Shown: piece after piece, positions 22,505 to 34,756 of the stretch | Numbering within the stretch: position 1 is the first letter of the stretch | How the letters are laid out: each line of letters opens with the position of its first letter | Source: Strigamia acuminata | Taxonomy: Eukaryota | Direction of reading: 5' to 3' | Length of the DNA: 64,000 nucleotides | NCBI GenBank assembly: GCA_949358305.1 | Contig: OX442314.1 | Location: 29,202,001 to 29,266,000, forward strand | Position numbers and translations under genes: made by a program | The notes under the pieces: model-generated | Databases searched by the model: none | Told to the model about the DNA's origin: nothing | What the model saw: only the letters and a program-made list of their open reading frames with translations

Positions 22505-23024
22505 TGTTTTTCGAATTTCATATGTCTTGCATCAATGTTATATTTCTTGATCTTTTATTGTTCGATTGTATCAGTGTATTTCTGTTATTACTTGCCCATT
22601 TTTAGTTTTTAGTAATGTCATTTATGGATTTTGTATTTCTTTGTTTTTACACATTGACCAGGTGAAGAAGGTGTATGTTATATTTGTATGTCACCAGGCC
22701 CAATGTGCCTAAAATCCCGAATGAGGGTCTCCTACCACTAGGGGGAGTTGGGTGTATTTTTGCCGCTTGTGACCAATGACGTAACGTGAACGTACTTCCG
22801 GTCACTTGTTATTCATGAGACGGCGTGCGCTTAATCTCGTATGCGAATAAAACCTCTCATATCTTATCATCCACGTGAATCCAGTCTTTTCCAAATACAA
22901 CACATTTGACATCACATTTCGAAAATCGGTTTTCCTGAAAACCGTTTTCATGAAAATTAGAAAATCGTGGTTTTCGTGGTTTTCAAATCGTTTTCCCGGG
23001 CCGCCATTTTGAATTCGAATAGAT

Positions 23025-23190
23025 CGGCCAATTTTCGGGCGCATTTGCGCGTCGATTGCGGCCAATTTTCGGGCGCATTTGCGCGTCGAATGCGGCCAAT
23101 TTTCGGGCGCATTTGCGCGTCAAATGCGGCCATTTTTCGGCCGCATTTGCGCGTCGAATGCGGCCAAATTTTCGGCCGCAATTGCGCGAT
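23025..23190. repeat. ~33-bp GC-rich tandem repeat (CGGCCAATTTTCGGGCGCATTTGCGCGTCGAATG) x ~5, internal to the host TIR element
   Basis: Directly visible. Confidence 0.85.
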
Positions 23191-24935
23191 CGAAAGCTGC
23201 CGGATCTGTGCTCAATGTTGAAAACCGTTTTCATCGTTTTCGGAAAACGATGTATGACGGTTACGTCATAATGACTAAATTCACCGATAGATGGCGTTTT
23301 CTACTTTTAGCGGCAGATTTAACCAGAATAGAAGATTTAGTGCTAAGACTACATAAAACTGAGTTTTATGTGGAGCTAACATTATATCCTTGTATATTTA
23401 TTAGTTTAGAGGCTTATTGGACCGTTTATGACATTATTCAGAGAATATATCATAAACCCAAGTTGAAAGGTTACTCACCTTTGCGCACCTGCACCAATTA
23501 TGGACACCCTGTGGATTTGAGTCAAAGACTTAATCCAAAGTGTGTCCCCGCTATCCAGTTCCTGTCCTGACCTAGGAGAGAGCTAAGTCCTGGGTATCCA
23601 GTTCCTGTTGAGCATCTGGAAGTCATCTAATTGAGCAAGTGGCCTCAGAATCCGACCTCTCACTCAGTGATTGGAGGGATTCCGAGGACTCATGTCCCCA
23701 TTGGAGCATTGGAAGTTCCATTGTGCTCTAAGAGCATATATTCCCTTACAACCGGAAATACAACGCTCTTGTCATGATATTTGTTGAACACTTACTTACT
23801 TGAGCCCGCATATATATTTATATGCATTCCCCGCCTTAAATGGTGCTGCTTACCATGACCTGTGGTGAAATGCGGATTGTTGCAAGACAATCTTTGGGTG
23901 CTATCGAAACGATGGCGCATCACCAGCCTTTGACTGAGGTTGACGCTACGGATAATGTTGTGTTCCGTGAGTACGACCCTGGATGAGGAAACCTCCATCC
24001 TTGTCTGTGGTCATGACCATCCGGACTGGCGAGGAATTAGGCCTGGACGGGCATTTAGTACTCGCTAGGCTAGGTGACGCCGCGGGATTGGGCGATGGAT
24101 GATGTTTGCCGCCAAATCCTGTGAGGCAGACGGCGACTGTGTGATCGCGAGGATACCGGGCTGAGCGATGGATGACGTTTACCGTTCGGACCCGGTAGGA
24201 TTTCATATTTGTACTTTTACAGCTTGGATTTAGCCAACTCAGTTGTATAAATCATTTCATCGTATCATGATGTAAAACGAAGTTTTACTCACGATAAAGA
24301 ACTCGATTGACACAGAACCGGAAGTAAACATTACAGCAAAACAAATGATAACCAAATTTGCTTGTTGTAATCCAGATGACAACATAATGACCTTTGGCTC
24401 ACGACATATACTCATCGAGTTATGTGTGACGCCGGAATATCATTAATTCCCACATGATGAATTATTTACGTCATACTTGATAACAAAAGTATGCGTAATC
24501 CAAACAGCATAACAGCAATACTCTATGCAAATATCTTAGATATTTACATGAGATTGTGACAATGTGGAATAAGTCAACCGCACAGCCTCGGATACCGCCA
24601 TTACAGAACCGAACCAGAGACCAGTCAGCCCGACGATAGATGACATCTTTTCTCCATGCAAATACGATGTATTGACCCATCTATTTCGGAGCCAAGGACA
24701 CCAATCGTATTCTCATTTGGCCAGCTTTGTAGGCCATTTTATTTATATAACGGAGTTATACTAAATAAATGTTATGTGATTTGAGAAAAACCCACGACTC
24801 CATTTTATTTACACTATTGCAATAATTCACCTTCAGTAATTGTTAAACTTGTTCTCGTGAGCTTTTAGTAGTTTGACATAGCTTTTCTCGACCAGATATT
24901 GTAAAATATTTGCGCCGAAAGAACATTGTCACACG

Positions 24936-24953
24936 TGGAGGTTCTACCGAGAT
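24936..24953 (+). promoter_or_regulatory. Primer-binding site complementary to tRNA-Gln 3' end
   Basis: TGGAGGTTCTACCGAGAT is one mismatch from the reverse complement of the tRNA-Gln end ATCTCGGTGGAACCT-CCA. Confidence 0.85.
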
Positions 24954-25768
24954 AGGTTGCAAGATTTGAAAGTTGAATTTTAGTGAGTGTAAAAAATGGA
25001 AATTTTATCTGTTCATCTTTTGATATTTCTTAGAAATAATAAAAGAATTAACAAGATTGTTATGTTCGAATTGTTCCTGTCTTTTGCAAGGCTTGAATCG
25101 TTTACCATCCCTCTGCTATTTAATATTTCCAAGAAATATTAGATAAAAGAGGCAAGGGGGAAAATTCCTATTTCCTTTCTCAACACGAAGAAGGGTGAAA
25201 CCACAGGAGAGCTTCCAAGAAAGTGAATGTCCAGTTAGGAATGCACAGGTGACTAACGTCAACTGTGTCACTCCTTGTCCATCCAACCCATTCGCGGAAA
25301 AGACAATAGGCCTGGATTAGGACGATTATCGAGCTTGACGCGAGAAGTGACCATTGCTTCCTTGCAACCCAACTGACCAAGACGTCTCCAGACCGTTCCT
25401 GTGTGCCACCATCCTTTGTGACCAGTTGACCAGTTTCGAGCCGTTTTAGCTGCAAAGTTAAGTAGTATTTCGGTTATTATCAGTTTAAGCGTGTTCCTTA
25501 TAAACGCCAGTTTAAAATTTAAAAGTGTAATTTTTTTTTTATTTGATAGTAAGTTAAGTGTGTTCTTTTTACACACCTGTTTAACGTAAAGCTTTACATT
25601 CAGTGTAACGTTAGTATCAGAATCAGTTAGACGAATATATTACGATATATTCTTTCTTCCGCTAGTTGAGTTCTTTTGTAATTACATTTTTCTTAGAAAA
25701 ACGTGATTACGTTCGTGTATTTAGACAGATTAGTTAAGTCAAGGATTTCAGCGCTAGAAACGTTAGTT

Positions 25769-27820
25769 ATGTCTCGTAGTCACCCCGAAATGTTTGCTTC
25801 CATGAACCAAGGCGCTGAAGACAATACTCATCATTCGTCGGATGATTCTGACGACGAGGGAAATCCTCGAAACGTGGCATACGGCCTGAAAACGTATTGC
25901 CGCCATTTCAAGTTAGACGCTATACGCTTCGCCACGCTGGCAGAAGCCAAGCACTACGTAGCGTTGAATCAGCCAGCTGAAAGTTCGCTGAATCACTCAG
26001 CCACTTCGCCCGATGAATTGATCTTGAATAGGGGGAAATCAAGTGGAAATGCGCCTATTACTTATGCGCAACCACGGGACTTACCCTTATCTCGAGAAAA
26101 TTTGTCATCTCAAGACAATAACCCGCTTCCGCCACGTGTTTCTACACCAATTAGACCCGTTTCACAGGCCGTTGGAGGAAACACAGACGGCGATGCAGGG
26201 TTAGATTTATCGATAAGGGGGAGCCCGACGGAACCCCCATCGATCCTACGGACAGATAACCAAAAAACGCAAGGTAGGCGCCACTCAGTGTCGCCTACTC
26301 GATATAGGATAACTGGTCCCCCAGTCACCGAAAGAGTGGTTTTCAACTCAGATCAAGACTTTTCTCGTTCAAACCCTCGTCACAGAGAGGAGCATCTCCA
26401 ACTGACTTGTCACCAAATAACCAATGGTGGTCAGGATCGCAGTGAGCGAGCTGAGGACACTCAGCAACAGCCAACTCGTCGGGAACCGCTTGGTCAGAGA
26501 CCACGACAGTTCACGGCGAACGCTACTCATCAATCTAACGGCGAAGATTTTTATAATCATGGTAACGGTTCTCAAACCAACCATGGTTATAATTCTCCGA
26601 GCCAAGGGGGACGAAGGAGTTCGACAACTCCTCCCCCCTTTGTTCGCCCTCGCCCAAATTTTCGACCTATCTCGCCACACGGAGTGAGAAGTGATAGACG
26701 TAACGACTCGGACCAAAATTCGAATTTTGTGCCAAGTCTTTCGCGGGAAAATTTGACCGCCATTATTCAGGGGTTGACGGGTCAACCCCCGAGAAATGAG
26801 TCCAATTATCGGCGCAACATCTGTAAGGGATTAGACATCCCTGCATTTGAAGGCCGGCAGGAAGATGTAGCGAGATTTTTAGAGATTACTAAATCTGTCG
26901 CTAGTTTAAAAAGAGTTCCACTTGACGAGATGATCCATGACGTAGTACCCGGCTACCTACTTGGACATGCTCAAACGTGGTACAAAAAAGAATCGCATCG
27001 CTTCTTGAGTTGGGATATTTTCGAGGATGCGTTCTTAGAACGCTTCGATCTAGTCCCTCTCACCAGAGCGCGACAGTTGCGTAACGTAATTCAACGAGCC
27101 GACGAAAGCCTTTATGACTTTCTCTTGCGGTTTTCACAAGCTCAAGGGAAAGTACCTGAAGGCAGTCAAGAGGGAGTGACCCATCTGTACGACAACATCA
27201 CCCCCGAAAGTTTCGCTCTTTTAGTTAACAAGGGGCTTTATGGAAAGAAGACGGTCGATGAAATTATTCATTTCGTCGGTCGTCATCGTTGTATGTTCGA
27301 GACGAGAGCGCAACACTCCGCGCGTCTCAAATACGACAATAGCGACAAGACTTCGGCAACTACTCCCGTAAATGCCAAAGACAGTCGTTTTCCAAATAAA
27401 GCCGCTCTTCGAGCTTCTAAGGTTGATTACTCGTCTAAGACAAGTAAGGAATCCAAAAGCGAAGATGAGCCGGAGAGTGAAGACGAAATGGAGAGACTAT
27501 TCACCACTTATACGGAAAATAAAACGGGCAAGTGTTTTTATTGCCATGAAACTGGGCATTTCAAATGTGAGTGCCCTAAGTGGTTAAATAAGAACAAGAT
27601 GGGTGATGGCGCTAAGCGCCCAAACCCTTCCAACACCTTGTCGGAAGAGAATAAACGGCCTAAACCGAATTGGGTCACCGTCGATTTACTAGACAACAAA
27701 CTAGGAGCTTTTCAGTCAAATATACAAAGCACAATGACTGAGTTGTTGTCCAAGTACTTGCTAGCACCTGCAGCCACCCCAGCTCCATCTATTGAGAAAA
27801 AGGAAACGTCAAAAAACTAG
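25769..27820 (+). CDS. Gypsy A Gag (first ATG 25769)
   Basis: Capsid-like IPAFEG..DVARFL..LLGHAQTWY..WDIFEDAFLERF..QRADESLYDF and CCHC knuckle CFYCHETGHFKCEC. Confidence 0.92.
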   Translation: MSRSHPEMFASMNQGAEDNTHHSSDDSDDEGNPRNVAYGLKTYCRHFKLDAIRFATLAEAKHYVALNQPAESSLNHSATSPDELILNRGKSSGNAPITYAQPRDLPLSRENLSSQDNNPLPPRVSTPIRPVSQAVGGNTDGDAGLDLSIRGSPTEPPSILRTDNQKTQGRRHSVSPTRYRITGPPVTERVVFNSDQDFSRSNPRHREEHLQLTCHQITNGGQDRSERAEDTQQQPTRREPLGQRPRQFTANATHQSNGEDFYNHGNGSQTNHGYNSPSQGGRRSSTTPPPFVRPRPNFRPISPHGVRSDRRNDSDQNSNFVPSLSRENLTAIIQGLTGQPPRNESNYRRNICKGLDIPAFEGRQEDVARFLEITKSVASLKRVPLDEMIHDVVPGYLLGHAQTWYKKESHRFLSWDIFEDAFLERFDLVPLTRARQLRNVIQRADESLYDFLLRFSQAQGKVPEGSQEGVTHLYDNITPESFALLVNKGLYGKKTVDEIIHFVGRHRCMFETRAQHSARLKYDNSDKTSATTPVNAKDSRFPNKAALRASKVDYSSKTSKESKSEDEPESEDEMERLFTTYTENKTGKCFYCHETGHFKCECPKWLNKNKMGDGAKRPNPSNTLSEENKRPKPNWVTVDLLDNKLGAFQSNIQSTMTELLSKYLLAPAATPAPSIEKKETSKN

Positions 27821-27852
27821 TACAGGGGGTTGTGACTTTATCCCAACCCCCC
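27811..27852 (+). promoter_or_regulatory. -1 ribosomal frameshift signal (slippery A_AAA_AAC plus downstream stem-loop)
   Basis: AAAAAAC sits immediately before the gag TAG; GGGGGTTG (27825) pairs with CAACCCCC (~27844-27851); pol is in the -1 frame and open from the slip site. Confidence 0.85.
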
Positions 27853-30800
27853 ACTAATAATTGCCTCCTTCCTTTCTCTGAGTTCACCGATGATTTGTTT
27901 TCACCTCGAAGAGTTGAAATACCAATTATGGACGAACTGGCCGAGGTATTAGGCCAACTTGAACTTTCAGATGAATTAATTCCGATCCGAGATCGCGCAA
28001 CTAGTTCCTCTGGAGGAGTTCAGGAAGGTATTGACTCTATGGCGAAACAAATGGAGCGTATGACTATCTTTAAAGGTCCGTGGAATCGTAAAAAATTCTG
28101 CAACCTCAAAAGATTACATCATGGAGACTCTGTCGAATTTGTAAATGCAGTAAATGGTCGGACTTCCGATACACCTAGGATGCGAATCGAAATCGGAGGA
28201 CTCACCTATAACGCATTAATGGACTCTGGAGCTACTCAATGTTTCATTGGGGCACAGCTTTTGTCTCAGACAAGAGCCCCCAGTGATTATATACAGGAGT
28301 GCCCCCGAGGAATGCGAGTCTGCGCAGTGGGAGTGGATCATCGACCCGTTGGACAAATCACTCTGTGTGTCAAATGGGGAGACGAGAAACAGTTTACACC
28401 CATTAACTTTGTCGTACTGAAAAAAAATGTGTGCGATCTCATAATCGGCCATAATTTCATGCGGCGAACGGGCATCAACTTAAATCCCATGCGGGCAGTA
28501 TTCACCTGCGACAGGCTGCCTGGCTGGACCGCGCCTTACGAAATCGGAGATTTCGAGAGCACACTAGTCGGGTTACATACACTCGCCATTGGCAAAACAC
28601 AGACTCATACACCAGAAAACTGGGCCGATTTATTAGTCCTAGACTGTGACGGCTCAGACGAGCAAAAAGAACAACTTCGGGCTGTAATTTTAGAGGCTAG
28701 AAATGCACTTCGCGACGAAGTCGGTTGTACGCATTTGGCCACACATAGCATTACTTTTAAAAAGGATGCTAAGTGGAAAATTCAGCCATATCGTATGTAC
28801 AACCCCCAGAAGAAAGCGATCATGACTCGTTTGGTCGAGGAACTAGAGGCGGACAACCTGATTGAACCCGTGATAGGCTCCTGTCCATACGTTAGTCATC
28901 CCGTCATCGTTGCAAAACCTGGCGGGAAATACCGCCTGTGTATTGACTATCGTTGGCTGAATGCCATAACGGAGGTAGATGCAATTCAGATGCCTAGCAT
29001 CGACTTGCTCATCCATCATACCAATCACGCGAAGTATTTCTCCTCTCTGGATTTAACCAAAGGATACTACCAAATGGCGATGAATGAAACTGACAAAAAG
29101 AAAACCACTTTTTACACCCCTAAGGGGAAGTTTCAATTCAAGCGCATGCCGTTTGGTCTATGCAACGCTCCAAGCTCCTTTCAGCATTTGATGACTCAAG
29201 TGATGGGAGAAGCTCTACACGAACACGTTTTAGTTTACCTGGATGACCTGATAATTTTCTCAGAAAATTGGGAGGACCATGTTAAACATGTAAAAGACGT
29301 ATTGGAGAGATTAGATAAAGCCAATCTGACGGTCAATAAATCCAAAACCAAGTTGGGACGAACGTCACTAAAGTTTTTGGGTCACCTCATTACACCCGAA
29401 GGGTTAATGGCGGATCCAGATAAGTTAGTGTCGGTAAGGAAGTTTCCTACACCAACGTGCTCTAAAGATATCCAGCGCTTCCATGGTTTGGCAAACTTTT
29501 TTCGTAAATTTATACCAAATCATGCGGAGATTGCGTTACCTTTAACACGTATGATGCACACTAATGCCGTCTTCAACTGGGGCGAAGAGCAAGAAGCAGC
29601 TTTCAATCAAATAAAAGATATTCTGTGTGATGAGCACCAAGTGCTCCACATGCCGGATATGCTGAAACCTTTCGTAGTCATGACAGACGCGTCACATACG
29701 GGACTCGGTGCCGTGTTGTGCCAAGATGTCAATGTATTTAACGAAAGGACGCAGAAGTGGGTTCCTTCGCCAAAACCTGTTGCTTACGCAAGTAGAGTTT
29801 TGCGAGGAGCGGAAGTTCGCTATTCAACACCAGAGTTAGAATGTCTAGCTGTAGTGTGGGCTATAGATCGCTTCAGGCCTTACCTAGAGTATACTACGTT
29901 TACTCTAGAGTCAGATGCACAAGCACTTGGCTGGCTCATGTCAACGCCTGAACCATCGGGACGTTTTGGCCGTTGGGCGGTCAAAATTCAGTGCGGCGCC
30001 TTTAAAATAGTGTTCCGAAAGGGTGCTATGAATCAAGTTGCGGACGCACTGTCTAGAGCACCGCTCTCAGCCTTAGACACACCTGTTACTGACTACCTGG
30101 AACCGGAGGAAATTCATCAATTTTTCCTGACCTGGGTAGGCAACAGGAACACGAGTGTTGTCCCGGACGAGCTCCCACATCCCTTTCTCGCCAACGTTGA
30201 TGTTCGTTTTGATGATTTCTCCGAGTTCAATGAAATCGAAGATTTAATTGATCTTGGAGAAAAGGGGGAAGGAGTAGATAGAAAGGAGACTCTTTTTAGC
30301 GCCCTAACCGACGTGCTGAACGAAGTCCCGCCAACGCGTGCGGAAATCATAGCAGAACAGCTAAAAGATGCTTTTTGTAATAGAATTTTAATTTATTTAA
30401 AATCTAACGAAAAGAAACGAAAAGAATACACTGACCAAGAATGGATTATGTCCATTCAAAGTTACTGTCTTGACGAGAGCGGAGAAGATGGCAGCAGGAT
30501 GCTCATCTGTTTCCAACCAACTTTTGAGGAGGAACTCAATGACTCGGGAAACGGGTTCAAGGCGGTAGTTCCTCGATCTCTCGTGAGACGAGTGCTATTT
30601 GCTTGCCACGGACATCCACTCAGTGGACACGCGGGCATGAGCAAAACGCTTGACAGAGCGAAACAAACATATTTTTGGCCTAAGATGAGCAAAGACACGA
30701 GACATTATGTCCGGGGCTGTGTTCACTGCCAACAATATAAACCAGGGCAACATCGCCAGCGAAGGGCACCTTACACGCCTCACAATATGACGACGCCCTG

Positions 30801-31908
30801 GGAGACAATTTGCATTGACTTGATGAGCCCGAAACCCGCAGGTCGATCGCAATTACAGTGGATCTTTGTAGTGATAGATCAATGCACTAAGTGGATTGAG
30901 CTATTTGCACTAACAAAAGCTACCAGCGAGTCAATCGTAAACAGACTCAGTGAAGTGATTCATCGTTGGGGTTACCCCAAGAAAATCCTTTCTGATAACG
31001 GCAAACAGTTCGTCAGCACTATTTATAATGACTTTTGCAAAAAACATCATATAAATATTTCACACGTAAGCCCCTATCATGCTGCCGCTAATCCAACCGA
31101 AAGGGCCAATAGAAATATCAAAATGATGCTGGCTATTTATTCTGATATTCATTCTAAATGGCCAAGGTTCCTAAACGAATTTGCGTTCGCTTCGCGAACG
31201 GCAAAATCGGAATCATTAGGATTTTCACCAATGATGTTGAATACAGGAAGATCGGTTCCCTTGCCGTTTGATCCACGTGTTTTACAACACGCTATCAAAT
31301 TCGATAAACATAATCCTGAGGAATATGTTTACAGTATTCTTGATGTGCTCCGACGAGCACATCAAGAAATGCACCGGAGAATCCAACTTAATTACGAGCG
31401 TCATGATAGAATACACAGGAATAAGTTTTACATTTGTGAATTCAACATAGGCGATCTAGTTTGGAAGGCGACCCATATCCTGTCCAATAAAGAGAAGGGA
31501 ATCACGGCGGGCTTCGCCGAGAAACGCGACGGCCCTTGGGAGATCACGGCGGTATTAGGAGGTGGCGCCTACACTCTTCGAAAATTGGCGGATGATTCTA
31601 TCGAAGCATCCATTAATATTCAAGATTTGTGTCCCTATATCCCGTCTTATCCTGTAGAAAATTGGTCGGCAGATCAAATTGAAGGTACGGACGATGTACA
31701 CCCCACCCCGAGTTGGATGGAGGAACATTTTCCTAATTCTCTCGAAAAAGGAGATGTCCCCCCGATAACTACGGAAGAACGTACTCTCGCACCCAACAAA
31801 TCCGTAAAAAGAAAGAATTCGTCGCCTGTCAAAAGGTCGAAACGCGTTGCTAAACCCAACAAGAAATATGATGATTTTGTATCAAAAATCCAGATCGGTA
31901 AATTATAA
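27832..31908 (+). CDS. Gypsy A Pol (PR-RT-RH-IN)
   Basis: ALMDSGA; LDLTKGYYQ, MPFGLCNAPSSFQ, YLDDLII; MTDAS, ELECLAVVWA; HGHPLSGHAG..CVHCQ, IDLM/SDNG/TER; KRDGPW. Confidence 0.97.
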   Translation: MTLSQPPTNNCLLPFSEFTDDLFSPRRVEIPIMDELAEVLGQLELSDELIPIRDRATSSSGGVQEGIDSMAKQMERMTIFKGPWNRKKFCNLKRLHHGDSVEFVNAVNGRTSDTPRMRIEIGGLTYNALMDSGATQCFIGAQLLSQTRAPSDYIQECPRGMRVCAVGVDHRPVGQITLCVKWGDEKQFTPINFVVLKKNVCDLIIGHNFMRRTGINLNPMRAVFTCDRLPGWTAPYEIGDFESTLVGLHTLAIGKTQTHTPENWADLLVLDCDGSDEQKEQLRAVILEARNALRDEVGCTHLATHSITFKKDAKWKIQPYRMYNPQKKAIMTRLVEELEADNLIEPVIGSCPYVSHPVIVAKPGGKYRLCIDYRWLNAITEVDAIQMPSIDLLIHHTNHAKYFSSLDLTKGYYQMAMNETDKKKTTFYTPKGKFQFKRMPFGLCNAPSSFQHLMTQVMGEALHEHVLVYLDDLIIFSENWEDHVKHVKDVLERLDKANLTVNKSKTKLGRTSLKFLGHLITPEGLMADPDKLVSVRKFPTPTCSKDIQRFHGLANFFRKFIPNHAEIALPLTRMMHTNAVFNWGEEQEAAFNQIKDILCDEHQVLHMPDMLKPFVVMTDASHTGLGAVLCQDVNVFNERTQKWVPSPKPVAYASRVLRGAEVRYSTPELECLAVVWAIDRFRPYLEYTTFTLESDAQALGWLMSTPEPSGRFGRWAVKIQCGAFKIVFRKGAMNQVADALSRAPLSALDTPVTDYLEPEEIHQFFLTWVGNRNTSVVPDELPHPFLANVDVRFDDFSEFNEIEDLIDLGEKGEGVDRKETLFSALTDVLNEVPPTRAEIIAEQLKDAFCNRILIYLKSNEKKRKEYTDQEWIMSIQSYCLDESGEDGSRMLICFQPTFEEELNDSGNGFKAVVPRSLVRRVLFACHGHPLSGHAGMSKTLDRAKQTYFWPKMSKDTRHYVRGCVHCQQYKPGQHRQRRAPYTPHNMTTPWETICIDLMSPKPAGRSQLQWIFVVIDQCTKWIELFALTKATSESIVNRLSEVIHRWGYPKKILSDNGKQFVSTIYNDFCKKHHINISHVSPYHAAANPTERANRNIKMMLAIYSDIHSKWPRFLNEFAFASRTAKSESLGFSPMMLNTGRSVPLPFDPRVLQHAIKFDKHNPEEYVYSILDVLRRAHQEMHRRIQLNYERHDRIHRNKFYICEFNIGDLVWKATHILSNKEKGITAGFAEKRDGPWEITAVLGGGAYTLRKLADDSIEASINIQDLCPYIPSYPVENWSADQIEGTDDVHPTPSWMEEHFPNSLEKGDVPPITTEERTLAPNKSVKRKNSSPVKRSKRVAKPNKKYDDFVSKIQIGKL

Positions 31909-32891
31909 ATTTCTAAGAAATATATAATTTTATCGAGTTGAGCATGCAAAATAATTTACATAGATGCGCTTACTCCCTATTATTTCTTTGAAATATTTGG
32001 AGTTAAAATTAACAACCAATCAGAGTAATCGCCGATTATCGAGACACCTGTTTGGAGAGTTATGTCCAGTCACTCTCGTTTTACGAAACGGCTGAACAAA
32101 CATCTTCTTGAGCGACTTCTCGTAGATTATCATCGTCAATCTTATGTAAGATATTCGTATTATATTTCTTTCAAAGAATATAAGACAAATATTCACTTAT
32201 TTATTTAGCAAACTCAACGAATAAGGATTTTAGTCGAGTTTTCACCGACCACGACCTTCGACCCAGTTACCGTCAGCTGACTATCGGCACTTCGCTCGTT
32301 AGTCATCCACTTGGAATTTTGCCGTAAGAATAACATTGTTTTATATATATATTTCGTATTATATTCGACAATTATACTCAGACTGTTGCTTTGAAAAATA
32401 CGTAGTATTTTCCGGTAAATACGACGAGACCACTTCTTACGAAACCAACTCGTGTTCAAAAGCTTCAACGCACTTTGAACTGAATTCTTTTTGCTATCAA
32501 CGGAATCATGAGTGGTAAATATTGTTTAAATCTCAGAGTTAAATAATACATGCAAAAAATTGAATAAGGTTATGAATTCACGAACGGGAATATTTTAAAT
32601 TACGTGTCTCAGTTATTAGTGTCGAAAATCCTCACTAGAGGACGCCGACGGATAAATGAACATCTAAGATCGAGATAACCCGATTTGTTTTCTGCCACTT
32701 ATTTTCCATTTTTCGGAATAAGTTGATTATGTTGTTTTAGTCTTGGACTTATACAGAATAATCAATACACTTGCTTAGTATTTCTTTTATCTCTCGAAAT
32801 TGTATTATGCATCTTTTTAAAGAATTCATAAGGCAATTTACGACTGTCTGAATTTAATTAATAATTCTGAGAATTATTAATATTTCTTTAG

Positions 32892-34756
32892 GTAGAGATA
32901 AAGATTATCGCCAAGACGGGAGTAAGCGCAGGCGAGAGCCTTACGATCACTCACCTTCCTCAACTGACTCAAGCGAACGAAGGCGAAACGAGAGTAAAAA
33001 TCCACGAGCATCGGATTCTTCCACGGAAAGAAATCGTGCCATTATAGATTGGGCACAGAGTAATGTGCCGAAACTACCGTTGCACCTTCAGTACATAGTC
33101 AAGAAACAGGAGGAACCCAAACCGGCTAAAGCGTCGTCATCCCACGTCTCGAAACACGAAAAACCTCCGCGAGATAAGTTTTACTGGGCGCATCAATATC
33201 GATCGACTTCACGCGGGTACAACACTAAGCGGTATTACGACCAAGACAATAAGGCATCGTCATCAAAAAAGGAGAACAGGCCCAAGACTCCACCCAAGGC
33301 AGAACCTTCGCGAGCAACCACCCGTCAGCGATCCCCTGCTCGTTACGTGACTTACACAACGGACACTGTCACCGAGCCGGCTGCTGTAACTAGCAAGAGA
33401 GCGATCCACCATCATGGCGGATTTCAGGGACCAGACGCCACGGTGAAGGTGACCATCCCTAATCCCGAGTTCATCACCTTGGAGGCACCTAAAGTCGAGA
33501 ATCCTCAACACATTATTGATGTATTGACCAACGCCGCCAAGGGATTAAAGCTGGAAACGGGAAGAAAGCGCAAGCAAGAGCGTGCCAGGCAGGATATCGC
33601 TGCTGGTGTACCACAAGGACGATTGGTGACGGCAGAAAACGAAGCCTGCTGTCCCTTTTGCTCGGGAACGGGCTGGGCAGTTGGCGCCGCGATTGGAGCC
33701 CACGCCATTTTATGCCCCAACTGCGGTGGCTTTAAGAAGAGACCCAAGGATGCCATTTGGAATCCAGAAGCAATTCCTTACATTGTGCGTGGACTGAGCA
33801 CGATGACACCAAGGGTATGGGCCACTTGTGACCCATGCCAATTGGTGCACAATCAATTAGGAGAGGCCATCTTTATAGATCCTAGATTTATAGGCCTCAT
33901 GGACACGCCCGATGGTACTGCTACAGTGAAGTGGACGCGCGAGGATGTCCGTCGCTTAGCGACGGAAACCATCGCGTTAAAAAAGAAACAAGTCCAACAG
34001 CAGCAGGTTCAACCCGCCAAGAAGGAAGACCCGAGCGTCAATTTGGGAGCATCGTGCAGTCACGTCGAGACACCAGAGATGATCGACGTCACGACACTCG
34101 AAGCGTCATTCGCCGCCCAGGCTGCATTGCCAAAGGAAAACTCAACGAAGTTGATTTTCCCCCCGACATCTGCGAAGGTCAAACGACGTCCACGGACCCC
34201 CGTCGTCATTTTGGCTCCTTTCGTCAAGCCCGAAGGACTGACCAACGAGGAGGCAGCGAAATTGGAAATTTGTCACTATGTACCAACACTGTGGGAAACA
34301 GCTGCCGAGATCTCTTTCGACCTGTCCAAAGGACGACAACCGAGCTTTCAAAATGCGGTATTAATTATGCAATGGATTCTAAATCGTGAGCGTGAGGAAT
34401 CCTTCGACGTCTTATCCAATATATGGATCAGCTTAGCTAACCATATCTCGGAGAATAGAGATGAGGACATCAGGGCCGATTGGTACCAAGGTTTGCCAGA
34501 TCCCAGAACCGTGTACGACCGTTTTCCCAGGGCGGACAGAATTCCCCTAGCCAGTCTTCGCGTGGCACCGCCACCAATCACCGAGCCTTTTTTAGTCGAT
34601 CCTCCACGACTAGCTGAAGAAGAACTGAGGGCTGTATCTCCGAATTCAGTCGCATCCACCGACTTAGTCATGGATTTGACTGCCCCACCGTCAGCACCTC
34701 TGGCGGAAAGTGAGGACTCAGACGTGTCGGCGAAGGCGGGACCCGAATTACCGTAG
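32892..34756 (+). CDS. Gypsy A ORF3: unknown accessory protein, not env-like; frame open back to a splice acceptor at 32890-32891
   Basis: 563 codons from GTG 33065 plus 58 more open codons upstream to TTTCTTTAG|; CPFCSGTG...CPNCGG zinc-ribbon-like motif; basic GRKRKQER; no hydrophobic TM stretch. Confidence 0.8.

Larger units (their letters stand above)
18158..22902 (+). mobile_element. Intact Ty1/copia LTR retrotransposon
   Basis: 227-bp LTRs 18158-18384 and 22676-22902 (TG...CA, one mismatch seen), 5-bp TSD CATTT, PBS GGGTTATGGGTCACAGC, purine tract before the 3' LTR, single intact ORF. Confidence 0.97.

Noticed and set aside
23079..24680. ORFs repeated at 35344-36786
   Set aside because: They recur only because they lie in the duplicated LTR; no coding signature.
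32892..33047. Alternative frame VEIKIIAKTGVSAGESLTITH, faintly like a SET-domain C-terminus (GEELT)
   Set aside because: No NHSC motif or assemblable upstream exons; the other frame is continuous with ORF3, so probably coincidence.
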